Origin: Candidatus Saccharimonadales bacterium | GTDB lineage: Bacteria > Patescibacteriota > Saccharimonadia > Saccharimonadales > UBA10212 | DNA length: 64,000 nucleotides | Assembly (NCBI GenBank): GCA_036279215.1 | Contig: DASUJO010000032.1 | Span: 313-64,312 of the forward strand | Reading direction: 5' to 3' | The notes under the pieces: model-generated | The model's input: only the letters and a program-made list of their open reading frames with translations | What the model was told of the DNA's origin: nothing | The model's database searches: none | Part shown: one piece after another, positions 55,891 to 64,000 of the stretch | How the letters are laid out: each line of letters opens with the position of its first letter | Position numbering within the stretch: position 1 is the stretch's first letter | Program-made: the position numbers and the translations under genes

Positions 55891-55922
55891 TTTATGGAAT
55901 TAGCACTCGCACGTCAAGAGTG

Positions 55923-57203
55923 CTAATTTGATGAAATCTCGGCCAGTTTGGCTATGGTTTTCTCGGTCAGCATGCGGTTCTCGATGTCACGCCGGGCTTG
56001 AGGTTTATCCAGTTCGGAACGCATCACTTCGTCCTGGTATTGGCCTTTAAGTATCTGTATGCGGCGTTCAACTTCAGCCGGCTTAACTTGTATTTTTTCC
56101 TTGTCGGCGATTTCGCCCAGCGCGATGCCGGCTTTGATGCGCTCTTCGGCCCGCGGCCGCTGACGCTCGCGGTGTTGCTGCTCGGTTACGCCTTCTTCTT
56201 TGAGATGCTCCTCCCATGTTTGGCCTCGGTAAGCCAGGTTTCGCTTTTCTTCGTCTTCCATCCTCATCACGTCTTCGTCAATCATTCCCTGCGGCACGTC
56301 AATCTTTGATTGCGCAACGACTTCGGCAATTAACCGGTTCTCATAATCCCTGTCCATCTGCTGCTGGCGCTCCAATAGCAGCTGTTTTTTGATGTCGGCT
56401 TTTAGCTCGGCCATCGTTTTAAACGGCCCGGCTTTGGCGGCGAAGCTGTCACCAAGCTTCGGCTCGCTCAGCTGGCTGACTTTCTTAACATCTACACTAA
56501 AAGTAACGTATTTATTTTGCAGCGCGGCGGCGCCGTAATCGGCCGGGAATTTAACTTTGAATTCTTTCTTTTCACCTGATTTTGCGCCTAGCAGATTGTC
56601 TTCAAACCCGGGTATAAAACTGCCGCTGCCAAGTACCAGCGGATAGTCTTTGGCGTCAGTACCGGCAACCGCTTTGCCTGCTGTGTCTTTGCCGCTGAAA
56701 TCTACCGTCAGCTCGTCGCCGTTTTTAGCCGGCCGCTCCACCGTTTGGCGCTCGGCCAGGCGCTGGCGCAGGGACGCTATGACCTCATTAACATCATCAG
56801 CCGTCACAGACGCTTTTTTCTTATCAATCTTTATCTTCTTATAGTCTGGCAGCGCGACGCTGCCGATAGTTTCGGTTTCCACTTCGATTTCCAAATCAGT
56901 AAAAGGCACGAATTTCTTTAGCTGTACTTTTGGCTCGCCCACCGGCCTAAGCTCAAAATGTTTTACCGCCTGGGTATAAAACTGGTTAAGAGCGTGTTCC
57001 ATAAATTCATCAATCAGCCTGTTCTGGTCAACGTTTTTCTCGATTACAGCCAGCGGCGCCGTTCCGGCCCTGAAGCCGGGAACCTGCACTTGGTGCCTGA
57101 AATGCGCTAAAACATGGTTCTTTATCGGTCCCATGTCGGCTGCATCGGCTTTTACAGTCAGTTTGACCCTGGTCAAACCTAAATCAGTTTTCTCCGCTTT
57201 CAT
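55923..57203 (-). CDS. tig: Trigger factor
   Basis: MKAEKTDLGLTRVKLTVKAD..., an FKBP-like middle domain and a C-terminal chaperone domain. ATG 57203 is preferred over the TTG 57230 of the track ORF. Confidence 0.9.
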   Translation of the reverse strand: MKAEKTDLGLTRVKLTVKADAADMGPIKNHVLAHFRHQVQVPGFRAGTAPLAVIEKNVDQNRLIDEFMEHALNQFYTQAVKHFELRPVGEPKVQLKKFVPFTDLEIEVETETIGSVALPDYKKIKIDKKKASVTADDVNEVIASLRQRLAERQTVERPAKNGDELTVDFSGKDTAGKAVAGTDAKDYPLVLGSGSFIPGFEDNLLGAKSGEKKEFKVKFPADYGAAALQNKYVTFSVDVKKVSQLSEPKLGDSFAAKAGPFKTMAELKADIKKQLLLERQQQMDRDYENRLIAEVVAQSKIDVPQGMIDEDVMRMEDEEKRNLAYRGQTWEEHLKEEGVTEQQHRERQRPRAEERIKAGIALGEIADKEKIQVKPAEVERRIQILKGQYQDEVMRSELDKPQARRDIENRMLTEKTIAKLAEISSN

Positions 57204-57242
57204 ACCATTGAGATTATACACATGCCGCAAGCCGGCGCAGTA

Positions 57243-58562
57243 CTATAGTTCTGATTTGGGCAGGTGGCGGGCGGCCAGCGTACTGACCAGCCTCTCCAGG
57301 GATAACTCTTTTTCTTCGCCGCTTCGTAAGTCTTTTAGCTTGAACCGCCGCGACGCCAGTTCGTGCTCGCCAAGGAAAATTACGAATGGGACGCCTGATT
57401 TGGCGGCGCTTCTAACCTGCGCGTCAAGCTTGCGCCCGGTGGAATCTACCGCCAGCCGTAAGCCTTCGTCGCGCAGGTCGGCCAGAACCGGCTGGGCGGC
57501 TTCGTAAATGTCGCCAATGAGCACAACGTTGGCATCAGTTTCCGGCTCGAAGCGCGGCATCAGCTTATGTCCTTCCAAAAACATCTGCAGAGTTACGTCG
57601 CCCATGCCAAAGCCGACGGTCGGAACCGGTTCTACGCCGAACGCTCCTACCAAGCCGTCATAGCGGCCGCCGCCGAACATCGAGCGGTTATTTTCCGGGT
57701 GGTTATCATAAACCTCAAAAACTATATCGGTGTAATAATCGAAGCCGCGCGTCAGCGCCGGGTCAAAAGCAATGCTCTGCACGCCGCTGGCCAGCAGCAG
57801 CCCCATCAGCCGCTGAAGCTCTTTAACCGCCGGCAACTGCTGGACTACCAGCGGCAGTTCGCCAAGCGTTTTAACTTTCATTAGATCTGCCAGTTGGGAC
57901 AAAACATCCGATTGCTGCTGGGCGGGGCTTAGTAACAAGCTGGCGGATTGTTTGAATTCTTTTTCCGAGATTTTATCTTTTTTATCAATCAGGCGTACCA
58001 GCGGCTGTATTTGAGATTGTTCGAATTGGAAGTTATCCAGCAAAAACCAGTTCATCAGCTGGCGGCTGTTGAGCTTTATGGTGTAATTTTCCGGCTTGGC
58101 ACCAAACGCCTTTAGTATGCGGTCGGCAAGCAGGATGATTTCGTGGTCGGCTTCTATGCCGCCCACGCCGAAGATGTCTACGTTTAGCTGCCAGTGTTCG
58201 CGCAGCCGGCCGGCTTGCGGCCGCTCGTACCGCCATAAGTTGGGTAGGCTGTACCAGCGCACCGGATAAGACAGCTCCTGGCGCCGGCCGGCTACCAGCC
58301 GGCTGACACTGGGTGTCATTTCCGGCCTTAGTGTAACCGTGCGGCCGCCGCGGTCGGTAAACACGAACGTCTGTTCCACGACGATTTCCTCGGATGTTTT
58401 GCTCATATAGAGTTCAATCGGCTCTATGATTGGAGCGTCGTATTCCTGGTAGCCGAACTTCTCTACCGAATCGCGCAATACATTAAATATGTATTTCTGT
58501 ACGCGTTTATCCTCAGGATAGAAGTCTCTCGCGCCCTTATACGGTTGAACGGAAAGTGCCAT
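57243..58562 (-). CDS. hisS: Histidine--tRNA ligase
   Basis: GARDFYPED, LRPEMTPS and FGGGRYDGLV are class II motifs. Has a C-terminal anticodon-binding domain. Confidence 0.94.
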   Translation of the reverse strand: MALSVQPYKGARDFYPEDKRVQKYIFNVLRDSVEKFGYQEYDAPIIEPIELYMSKTSEEIVVEQTFVFTDRGGRTVTLRPEMTPSVSRLVAGRRQELSYPVRWYSLPNLWRYERPQAGRLREHWQLNVDIFGVGGIEADHEIILLADRILKAFGAKPENYTIKLNSRQLMNWFLLDNFQFEQSQIQPLVRLIDKKDKISEKEFKQSASLLLSPAQQQSDVLSQLADLMKVKTLGELPLVVQQLPAVKELQRLMGLLLASGVQSIAFDPALTRGFDYYTDIVFEVYDNHPENNRSMFGGGRYDGLVGAFGVEPVPTVGFGMGDVTLQMFLEGHKLMPRFEPETDANVVLIGDIYEAAQPVLADLRDEGLRLAVDSTGRKLDAQVRSAAKSGVPFVIFLGEHELASRRFKLKDLRSGEEKELSLERLVSTLAARHLPKSEL

Positions 58563-58582
58563 GGTGTTATTTTAACACTAGT

Positions 58583-59323
58583 ATGGCTAAAAACAGGCCG
58601 CGGCGCGGTTCTCCTTTGCACCTGACACCATCGTTTGAATTATTCGGCCGCAGCAAAGACATCGTTATAAAGAATATTTGGATTTTCGGGCCGCTGTATA
58701 TACTGCCGACGATTTTTATGATCCACTCCTGGATTTGGACGCCGGACAAGCCCGGCGCGCCGCAGCATTGGTGGTATTCACTGGACAGTATTGGTCCCGG
58801 CGCCTCGGCATCACCGATACCTTTCTTTTCGGGCTACACTCTGCTGGGCTTTTCACTGCTGTGGGGCTTGTTGGTATTAGTCGGCGGCGCCATCGTGCAG
58901 ATTATGACCCAAGCCGCCCAGCTGGAAGGCGCCGAAGGCAAAACCGTTACATTTGATAGCATTTGGAAAATCACCAAAGAATTGGGCTGGCGGATGGTCG
59001 GGCTGTATATCGTGCTGGTTTTGACGCTGTTTATCGGCTTTTTATTATTGATTATTCCGTTCTTTATATTTTTGCGGCGCTACTTCTTATCTCCTTATGT
59101 AATGCTAGATAAAAAGGTTAGCATCCAGGAAGCTATGAGCCGCAGCGCCGCCATGAGCAAACCGCATTCGGGCAGCGTCTGGGGAGTTATCGGCGTCATA
59201 TTTTTAATCGGCCTGGCCGGCGTAATACCGTTTATCGGCTGGTTGATTTCGTACGTACTAGGATTCTTTTATTCAGTCGCCCCGGCCCTGCGCTACCAGG
59301 AACTCAAGAAGCTTGGAAATTAG
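58583..59323 (+). CDS. Integral membrane protein (about 5 TM helices), function unknown
   Basis: ATG 58583 (MAKNRPRR). Hydrophobic helices throughout. Divergent from hisS with only 20 nt between the two starts. Confidence 0.65.
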   Translation: MAKNRPRRGSPLHLTPSFELFGRSKDIVIKNIWIFGPLYILPTIFMIHSWIWTPDKPGAPQHWWYSLDSIGPGASASPIPFFSGYTLLGFSLLWGLLVLVGGAIVQIMTQAAQLEGAEGKTVTFDSIWKITKELGWRMVGLYIVLVLTLFIGFLLLIIPFFIFLRRYFLSPYVMLDKKVSIQEAMSRSAAMSKPHSGSVWGVIGVIFLIGLAGVIPFIGWLISYVLGFFYSVAPALRYQELKKLGN

Positions 59324-59338
59324 ATATAATAAAGATAA

Positions 59339-59423
59339 GGGCAAGTGGTGGAATTGGTAGACACGCTAGGTTTAGGACCTAGTGCCGCAAGGCGTGGAGG
59401 TTCAAGTCCTCTCTTGCCCACCA
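59339..59423 (+). tRNA. tRNA-Leu (anticodon UAG), long variable arm, CCA encoded
   Basis: GGGCAAGTGGTGGAATTGGTAGACACGCTAGGTTTAGGACCTAGTGCCGCAAGGCGTGGAGGTTCAAGTCCTCTCTTGCCCACCA. Confidence 0.92.
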
Positions 59424-59505
59424 TGTGATTTTTGCTACTAACTTCTTAGAGGTCGTTCTGTTCCGGTCGGCGCTGTCGCAGAAACAGCAAAAATCGACAC
59501 TAGAT

Positions 59506-59532
59506 ACAGCTCGCAGGGGCTGTTTTTGTTTT
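59506..59532 (+). terminator. Possible terminator after tRNA-Leu
   Basis: ACAGC-tcgcaggg-GCTGT followed by TTTTGTTTT. The stem is short (5 bp). Confidence 0.3.
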
Positions 59533-59577
59533 AAGCCCACTTTCATGTTTGACCGGTAAGCGGGATAATGGACTCGC

Positions 59578-60501
59578 ATGGTAGTATCACCAACAATTCA
59601 TATTGGCCAGGTTCCGGACCCAACTGTTTTGGATGCTCTGGCTGATTTTGTCTGTGGGGACGATGCTGGTCGATACCCTGTCTACCGAAGTTCAACGTTC
59701 CTGACGCAGTTCTTCCAGTCAATCGGTATTAATGCCGTCCATGACGGGTCTACACGTAAATGGTGGGTGGTTGGGGTCTTGAATCAGTTAGACGCTCAGC
59801 AAATTGAGAAAGTAATCCTACGTCTTGTTGACCTTCGTGAATACAAGGGCGATCGAAAGCAACTTGGTCAGGCCGTTCGGAGTATGAACGACATCCTTGC
59901 AATGGAAGGTCTCTGCGTAGAGTTTCAGGGCACGCTACCCCACCTTAAACGGGCTGGCCCTATCGAACTGGACGCAGAGGAGTTATCAAAGCCTCCCGCA
60001 CCATCAGAAGAAGTCGATTTTCTAGAACGCCAGTTCGTTGAAGATATCCGAATAAGCGAGCTTGGGCTTGACTCCGTGATCACAGGCTTTCTTCAAGAAC
60101 GTGTGGATGAAATCCAAGCAATGCCGCGGAGCAAGGCTCCCTTAGGGACGATAATTCTACTCGGGAGCACCCTCGAAGGCTTGATTCTGGCACTTGCCCT
60201 GGAACACCCGAAGGAATTTATGTCCTCGGGTGCAGCACCCAGTGATAAGACTGGAAAGACCAAGAAATTATACGACTGGTCGCTGAATGAGTTCATCAAT
60301 GTCGGGCTGGACATCCGGCTTATTGACGTGGATGTTGCAAAATTCAGTCATGCACTCCGGGACTTCCGTAACTACATACACCCATATCACCAGATGTCTC
60401 AGTCTTTTAGCCCCGATCAGCACACGGTCGATATTTGCTGGCAAGTATTCAAGGCGGCGTACAGTCAATTGAAAAATCGAGCATCAAAAGTATTGAAGTA
60501 G
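59578..60501 (+). CDS. Hypothetical protein A (307 aa) with C-terminal HEPN-like helical domain (Rx4-6H context LRDFRNYIHP)
   Basis: Clean ORF immediately followed by the partner ORF (TAG|ATG). Motif FSHALRDFRNYIHPYHQ. No housekeeping family recognised. Confidence 0.6.
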   Translation: MVVSPTIHIGQVPDPTVLDALADFVCGDDAGRYPVYRSSTFLTQFFQSIGINAVHDGSTRKWWVVGVLNQLDAQQIEKVILRLVDLREYKGDRKQLGQAVRSMNDILAMEGLCVEFQGTLPHLKRAGPIELDAEELSKPPAPSEEVDFLERQFVEDIRISELGLDSVITGFLQERVDEIQAMPRSKAPLGTIILLGSTLEGLILALALEHPKEFMSSGAAPSDKTGKTKKLYDWSLNEFINVGLDIRLIDVDVAKFSHALRDFRNYIHPYHQMSQSFSPDQHTVDICWQVFKAAYSQLKNRASKVLK

Positions 60502-61281
60502 ATGAATCCATACGAGTTACTAGAGTCTTTTGAAGAGAAAGGGGCGGCAGAGGGTCTGACCGACGGCGAAAAAGAGCTTTTGAGACTTGTTAGAAAAGTA
60601 GTTAAGCGAATCGCCGAGCTAGAAACGCTTCTTTTCATGAGTACTCCCGAAGGAGAGAAGGATAAGCACTTGGATAAGCATGACGTGGAGATGAGAGAGT
60701 ATGTTTATCTATATGGACCAGCGATTTTTGGCGACCTAAAGCCTACGCCACCGCATGAAGAACTTGGTGTAGCAGACAAGGACACTGCGATCAAAAATGC
60801 TCGTTTGTGGGCAAGACGCGAAGAGGCTAGAAAAGAAGGCTGGCTAATAGAAGCGGTGGCACTGACAGCCTATGAGCTCGAAGAGTGGTTGCGAATATGG
60901 ATTGCATCTCAAGGAGGAGGAGACTTTTATCCGGACGACAACTGGACTTTAGGCAGCATCATTGCAGAAGCCGAGAAACACAGACTGGATCTAAAATTGC
61001 TCGAGCGCTTGAAGAAGTTCAATAAAACCAGGAAGCGTGCTATCCATCGACTTCTGCGAGGAGAAATAGCGTATGAAGAACTCGGTAAAGCTTATGACCT
61101 AGATCTCAACTTGCCAGAAGATCTAAAACGGTGGATAGTCAAAGCCCTACCTAATTTCGCAGAAGCATCACCTGAGTGGGACTCAATTGGCAAATGGTCT
61201 AGATGGGATCGGGACCCTTCAGTGGTCGAGCGGGAATTTAGTGGTGGAGGTCCGAAGCCGAGCGACCGCGCGGGCGCTTAA
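60502..61281 (+). CDS. Hypothetical protein B (259 aa) with HEPN-like motif (KFNKTRKRAIHRLL, Rx4H)
   Basis: ATG abuts the stop of protein A. Looks helical. Rich in AGA, CTA and GGA codons, unlike the neighbours. Confidence 0.6.
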   Translation: MNPYELLESFEEKGAAEGLTDGEKELLRLVRKVVKRIAELETLLFMSTPEGEKDKHLDKHDVEMREYVYLYGPAIFGDLKPTPPHEELGVADKDTAIKNARLWARREEARKEGWLIEAVALTAYELEEWLRIWIASQGGGDFYPDDNWTLGSIIAEAEKHRLDLKLLERLKKFNKTRKRAIHRLLRGEIAYEELGKAYDLDLNLPEDLKRWIVKALPNFAEASPEWDSIGKWSRWDRDPSVVEREFSGGGPKPSDRAGA

Positions 61282-61389
61282 CGCTCGGGCCTGGGTCTTC
61301 GGGCTCGTCGCTTAGTAGCTTCAGCAACTTGTCGAAGGTCCCTGTGGGGTTTGAAAGATGCCCAGTTAAGACCACCATGGTATATATGA

Positions 61390-61923
61390 TTAGTCTTTGC
61401 GGTAAAACGCCAGCTGGCCGTCGCCGTATTCTTTGACCGCCAGCGGGGTTACGCCGGAATAAGCCGGTGGCTCAACCCTTCCCGGGGCAGACATGACAGC
61501 AACGCGGCCCTTTTTAAGGTGCCTGTCAATCAGTTTTTGGATTAAAGGCAGCTGGAGGTTGTCGTACGGCGGGTCCATTAAAAGAAGGTCGAATTTAGTG
61601 TCCGGATTGTTATCGCTCCAGCCGCTGGCGTTGGCGCGGACGGCTTTGACTTTATCGGCTAAATCCAGAAGGACTATGTTCTTATAAATATTGGCGTGGG
61701 CCCGCTTATCGTGTTCAATAACCAGCGTGCCGGCGGCCCCTCGGCTGATTGCCTCAAAACTTATAGCGCCGGTGCCGCCGAACGGGTCCAGTACCGTTAG
61801 TCCTTCGATATCACCCAGAGTATTAAACAGCGCGCCGCGCATCTTTTCGCTCATCGGGTTATACGTATTGCGCGGCGGGTCATTAAACCGCCTGCCTTTT
61901 AAGCTTCCGGATATAATTCTCAT
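61390..61923 (-). CDS. rsmD: 16S rRNA (guanine966-N2)-methyltransferase RsmD
   Basis: MRIISGSLKGRRF, LDPFGGTGAISFEAISRGA and LLLMDPPY. Confidence 0.9.
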   Translation of the reverse strand: MRIISGSLKGRRFNDPPRNTYNPMSEKMRGALFNTLGDIEGLTVLDPFGGTGAISFEAISRGAAGTLVIEHDKRAHANIYKNIVLLDLADKVKAVRANASGWSDNNPDTKFDLLLMDPPYDNLQLPLIQKLIDRHLKKGRVAVMSAPGRVEPPAYSGVTPLAVKEYGDGQLAFYRKD

Positions 61924-61956
61924 AAAAGATAGCGTATAAGCTTTAAGAAACCGGGT

Positions 61957-63990
61957 CTAGTTAAGATTCGTCACCGCGCGCAATATGGAAACTCTGCCGG
62001 CCAGGTGCGGGTATTTTTTGAGGTTCTCTTTTTTATCTATGAATTTTTGGGCGGCGGCACGGGCCGAAGCAATTAATTTTATATCCGTCAAATTGGCAAC
62101 CCGCAAATCCAAGGCGCCGTGCTGCATGGTTCCATAAATAGCTCCCGGCCCGCGTATTCGCAAGTCCAGCTCGGCAAGTTTAAAGCCGTCGCTCAGTGTT
62201 TCCAGCGACTTTAGGCGCGGCCCGGGGTCTTTGCTGTCGCTCGGCACAAGGTAGCAGTAGCTTTGGTGCGCGCCGCGGCCAACCCGGCCGCGCAGCTGGT
62301 GTATCTGAGCCAATCCGAACCGCTCTGCGCCTTCGATAACCATGACAGAGGCATTAGGCACGTCCACTCCAACTTCTATCACCGTAGTGCTCACCAAAAT
62401 GTCGTACTCTCGTTTTACGAACTTTTGCATTGCCTCGTCTTTTTCGGCCGGTTTCATCCGCCCGTGTAGCATATTGATTTTGCGGTTTTTAAAGTCTTTT
62501 TTGGCGCGTCCAAAAACTTCTTCAACCGACAGGCCCTGGCTGGCATCCGTGCCCTCAATTAAAGGGCAGACAATAAACGCCTGGCGTCCGGCCGCTAATT
62601 CTTTGTCTATGGCCGTGTTAAGTTGTTTACGCGAGTTTGGCGACCAGATTTTGGTTGCGATAGGCCGCCGGCCGGTAGGCAGTTCATCCAGTATTGATAC
62701 ATCCATTTCACCGTACAGTGTTAGCGCCAAACTGCGCGGAATCGGCGTGGCCGTCATGTGCAGCACATGCGGCATATGTCCGGCTTTGGCCTGGATTTTT
62801 TTGCGCTGCTCCACGCCGAACCGATGCTGTTCGTCAACTATAACCAGTCCGAGCTTATGCATGTCAACCTGCTCGGCTATCAACGCGTGAGTTCCTACAA
62901 TAAGGCCGATTTCTCCGGCCGCAATCCGTTTGCGAGCCTCGGACTTTTGCTTTGGTGTCAGGCCGCCTATCAGCAATCCGACCTGGTTTTCATAACCGAC
63001 GTTAGACATCAGATTATACAAACTTTCAGCGTGCTGGCGGGCCAGAATCTCGGTCGGCGCCATAAATGCCGCCTGGAAACCTTGCTTCAGCGCCATCAGC
63101 GCCGCCATGGCCGCCACCACCGTCTTGCCCGAACCTACATCGCCTTCCAGCAGGCGGTTCATCGGCTGGGTGCTGGCCATATCGCCATAAACGCGCCATA
63201 CGGCTTTGCGCTGGGCGTCGGTAAGTTTGAACGGCAATTTGCCAACGAAATCAATTGCCAGCTCTTGGTGGAAAGGTATATCCAGCGCCTTATCGCGGTA
63301 CAGCTCGTATTTATTAAGCAAAGCTGCCAGCGTCAGCTCGAATATTTCCTCAAAACCGAGCCTTTTTTTAGCTTTTTCCAGTTGTTTGCCGGAGCTTGGA
63401 AAATGCATTTCCATAACCGCGTCGCTGAAGGGCATCAGTTTCTGTTCGTTAACCAGCCATTTAGGCAGGTGTTCGGGCAGCTTCCCAGTATCCGTAAGCG
63501 CTTGCCTGATGAGTTTACGGATGGCAAAAGATTTTAAACCTTTGGTTTCGCGGTAAACTGGGATTATCCGGGCGGTATTGACCGGAAAATCACTTACCAG
63601 CTCCACAGACGGGTTGGTGATAGAAAACCGGCCGCGCTTCAGCGCATACTCGCCGGCGATGTAATACGGCTGGTTCTTCTTGATGGCGCCGGCGCGATAC
63701 GGCTGGTTAAACCACACCAGGCGCACGCTGCCGGTGCTGTCGGCGGCGATTGCTTCGGTAATATGCAGGCCGCGGCGCACATAACGTCCGTTTACCTGGT
63801 TGATTTGGGCTTCCAGGGTCACCTGGCCGGGTTTTAAGTCCTTCGCGGTTGTAACTTCGGAATAATCCTGGTACTTTCGCGGGTAATTGGTAACAAGGTC
63901 ATAGACCGTCCGCACGCCTAAGATATCCAGCTTCTTGGCCGCCTCGCCGCCCACACCCTTTAACTCCCCGATAGGTGTCGTAAGTGTCAC
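61957..63990 (-). CDS. recG: ATP-dependent DNA helicase RecG
   Basis: GTG start. Wedge/OB N-terminus. Helicase motifs LEGDVGSGKT, VDEQHRFGV, TATPIPR and QLRGRVGRG. Confidence 0.95.
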   Translation of the reverse strand: MTLTTPIGELKGVGGEAAKKLDILGVRTVYDLVTNYPRKYQDYSEVTTAKDLKPGQVTLEAQINQVNGRYVRRGLHITEAIAADSTGSVRLVWFNQPYRAGAIKKNQPYYIAGEYALKRGRFSITNPSVELVSDFPVNTARIIPVYRETKGLKSFAIRKLIRQALTDTGKLPEHLPKWLVNEQKLMPFSDAVMEMHFPSSGKQLEKAKKRLGFEEIFELTLAALLNKYELYRDKALDIPFHQELAIDFVGKLPFKLTDAQRKAVWRVYGDMASTQPMNRLLEGDVGSGKTVVAAMAALMALKQGFQAAFMAPTEILARQHAESLYNLMSNVGYENQVGLLIGGLTPKQKSEARKRIAAGEIGLIVGTHALIAEQVDMHKLGLVIVDEQHRFGVEQRKKIQAKAGHMPHVLHMTATPIPRSLALTLYGEMDVSILDELPTGRRPIATKIWSPNSRKQLNTAIDKELAAGRQAFIVCPLIEGTDASQGLSVEEVFGRAKKDFKNRKINMLHGRMKPAEKDEAMQKFVKREYDILVSTTVIEVGVDVPNASVMVIEGAERFGLAQIHQLRGRVGRGAHQSYCYLVPSDSKDPGPRLKSLETLSDGFKLAELDLRIRGPGAIYGTMQHGALDLRVANLTDIKLIASARAAAQKFIDKKENLKKYPHLAGRVSILRAVTNLN

Positions 63991-64000
63991 TGCCTACAGT

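Noticed and set aside
59418-59425. 8-bp direct repeat CCACCATG at the tRNA-Leu 3' end and again at 61372..61379, as possible attL/attR of the HEPN cassette
   Set aside because: It is too short to be statistically convincing, and no integrase is present. It is kept only as a hint, and needs comparison with an empty site in a relative.
59379-59579. 66-aa minus-strand ORF overlapping tRNA-Leu
   Set aside because: It overlaps a well-folded tRNA gene and the intergenic terminator region, so it is not plausible as a CDS.
62758-63537. 259-aa plus-strand ORF opposite recG
   Set aside because: Antisense shadow of recG, and no motifs.
1-64000. CRISPR arrays, rRNA genes, IS elements, integrases and prophage genes
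   Set aside because: I found no regularly spaced direct repeats, no rRNA-like conserved stretches and no transposase/integrase-like ORFs in any frame.

Overview
This is a gene-dense 64-kb chromosomal segment with about 90 CDS and 5 tRNAs. I saw no rRNA, CRISPR array, transposase or integrase. It uses the standard code (TGA acts as a stop) and is roughly 50% GC by eye.

Nearly everything from 2.7 to 58.6 kb is on the minus strand and belongs to the information-processing core. Read in the direction of transcription, the order is:
- recG, rsmD
- (plus-strand insert)
- hisS, tig, clpP, rpoB, rpoC, rpsL, rpsG, orf101, fusA
- a glycoside hydrolase, a GT4 and a small ORF
- tuf, orf54, rpsJ, orf56
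- the S10, spc and alpha ribosomal operons
- rplM, rpsI, trpS, rluD-like, holB, a TPR protein, tRNA-Thr, tRNA-Tyr, a DHH protein
- rpmG and tRNA-Trp (plus strand), tRNA-Thr
- a P-loop kinase, a DUF45 peptidase, secE, nusG, rplK, rplA
- dcd-like, a tmk fusion
- rplJ, rplL, dnaX, dnaB, ybaB, recR, a second DHH protein, cysS

Several features fit a reduced Patescibacteria/CPR (Saccharibacteria-like) genome. That placement is an inference, not a database result:
- uL30, adk and map are absent from the spc operon.
- Many ribosomal proteins carry K/A/E-rich extensions.
- bL36 has no cysteines and RecR has lost its zinc finger.
- Stop and start codons frequently overlap.

The most interesting items:
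1. A two-gene plus-strand cassette (59578..61281) sits next to tRNA-Leu. Both proteins carry HEPN-like Rx4-6H motifs and use codons unlike the neighbours. It is a candidate undescribed defence/toxin module.
2. Small ORFs that I cannot assign to any family are wedged, with abutting or overlapping stop/start codons, into universally conserved translation operons. These are tuf-orf54-rpsJ-orf56-rplC and rpsG-orf101-fusA, plus weaker ones around rplK.
3. A thymidylate kinase is fused to two degenerate ThyX-like modules. Together with a dcd-like gene it sits between rplA and rplJ.
4. A glycoside-hydrolase/GT4 pair is inserted between fusA and tuf.
5. A 7-nt-phased ATG repeat and a Trp-containing mini-uORF overlap the trpS start.
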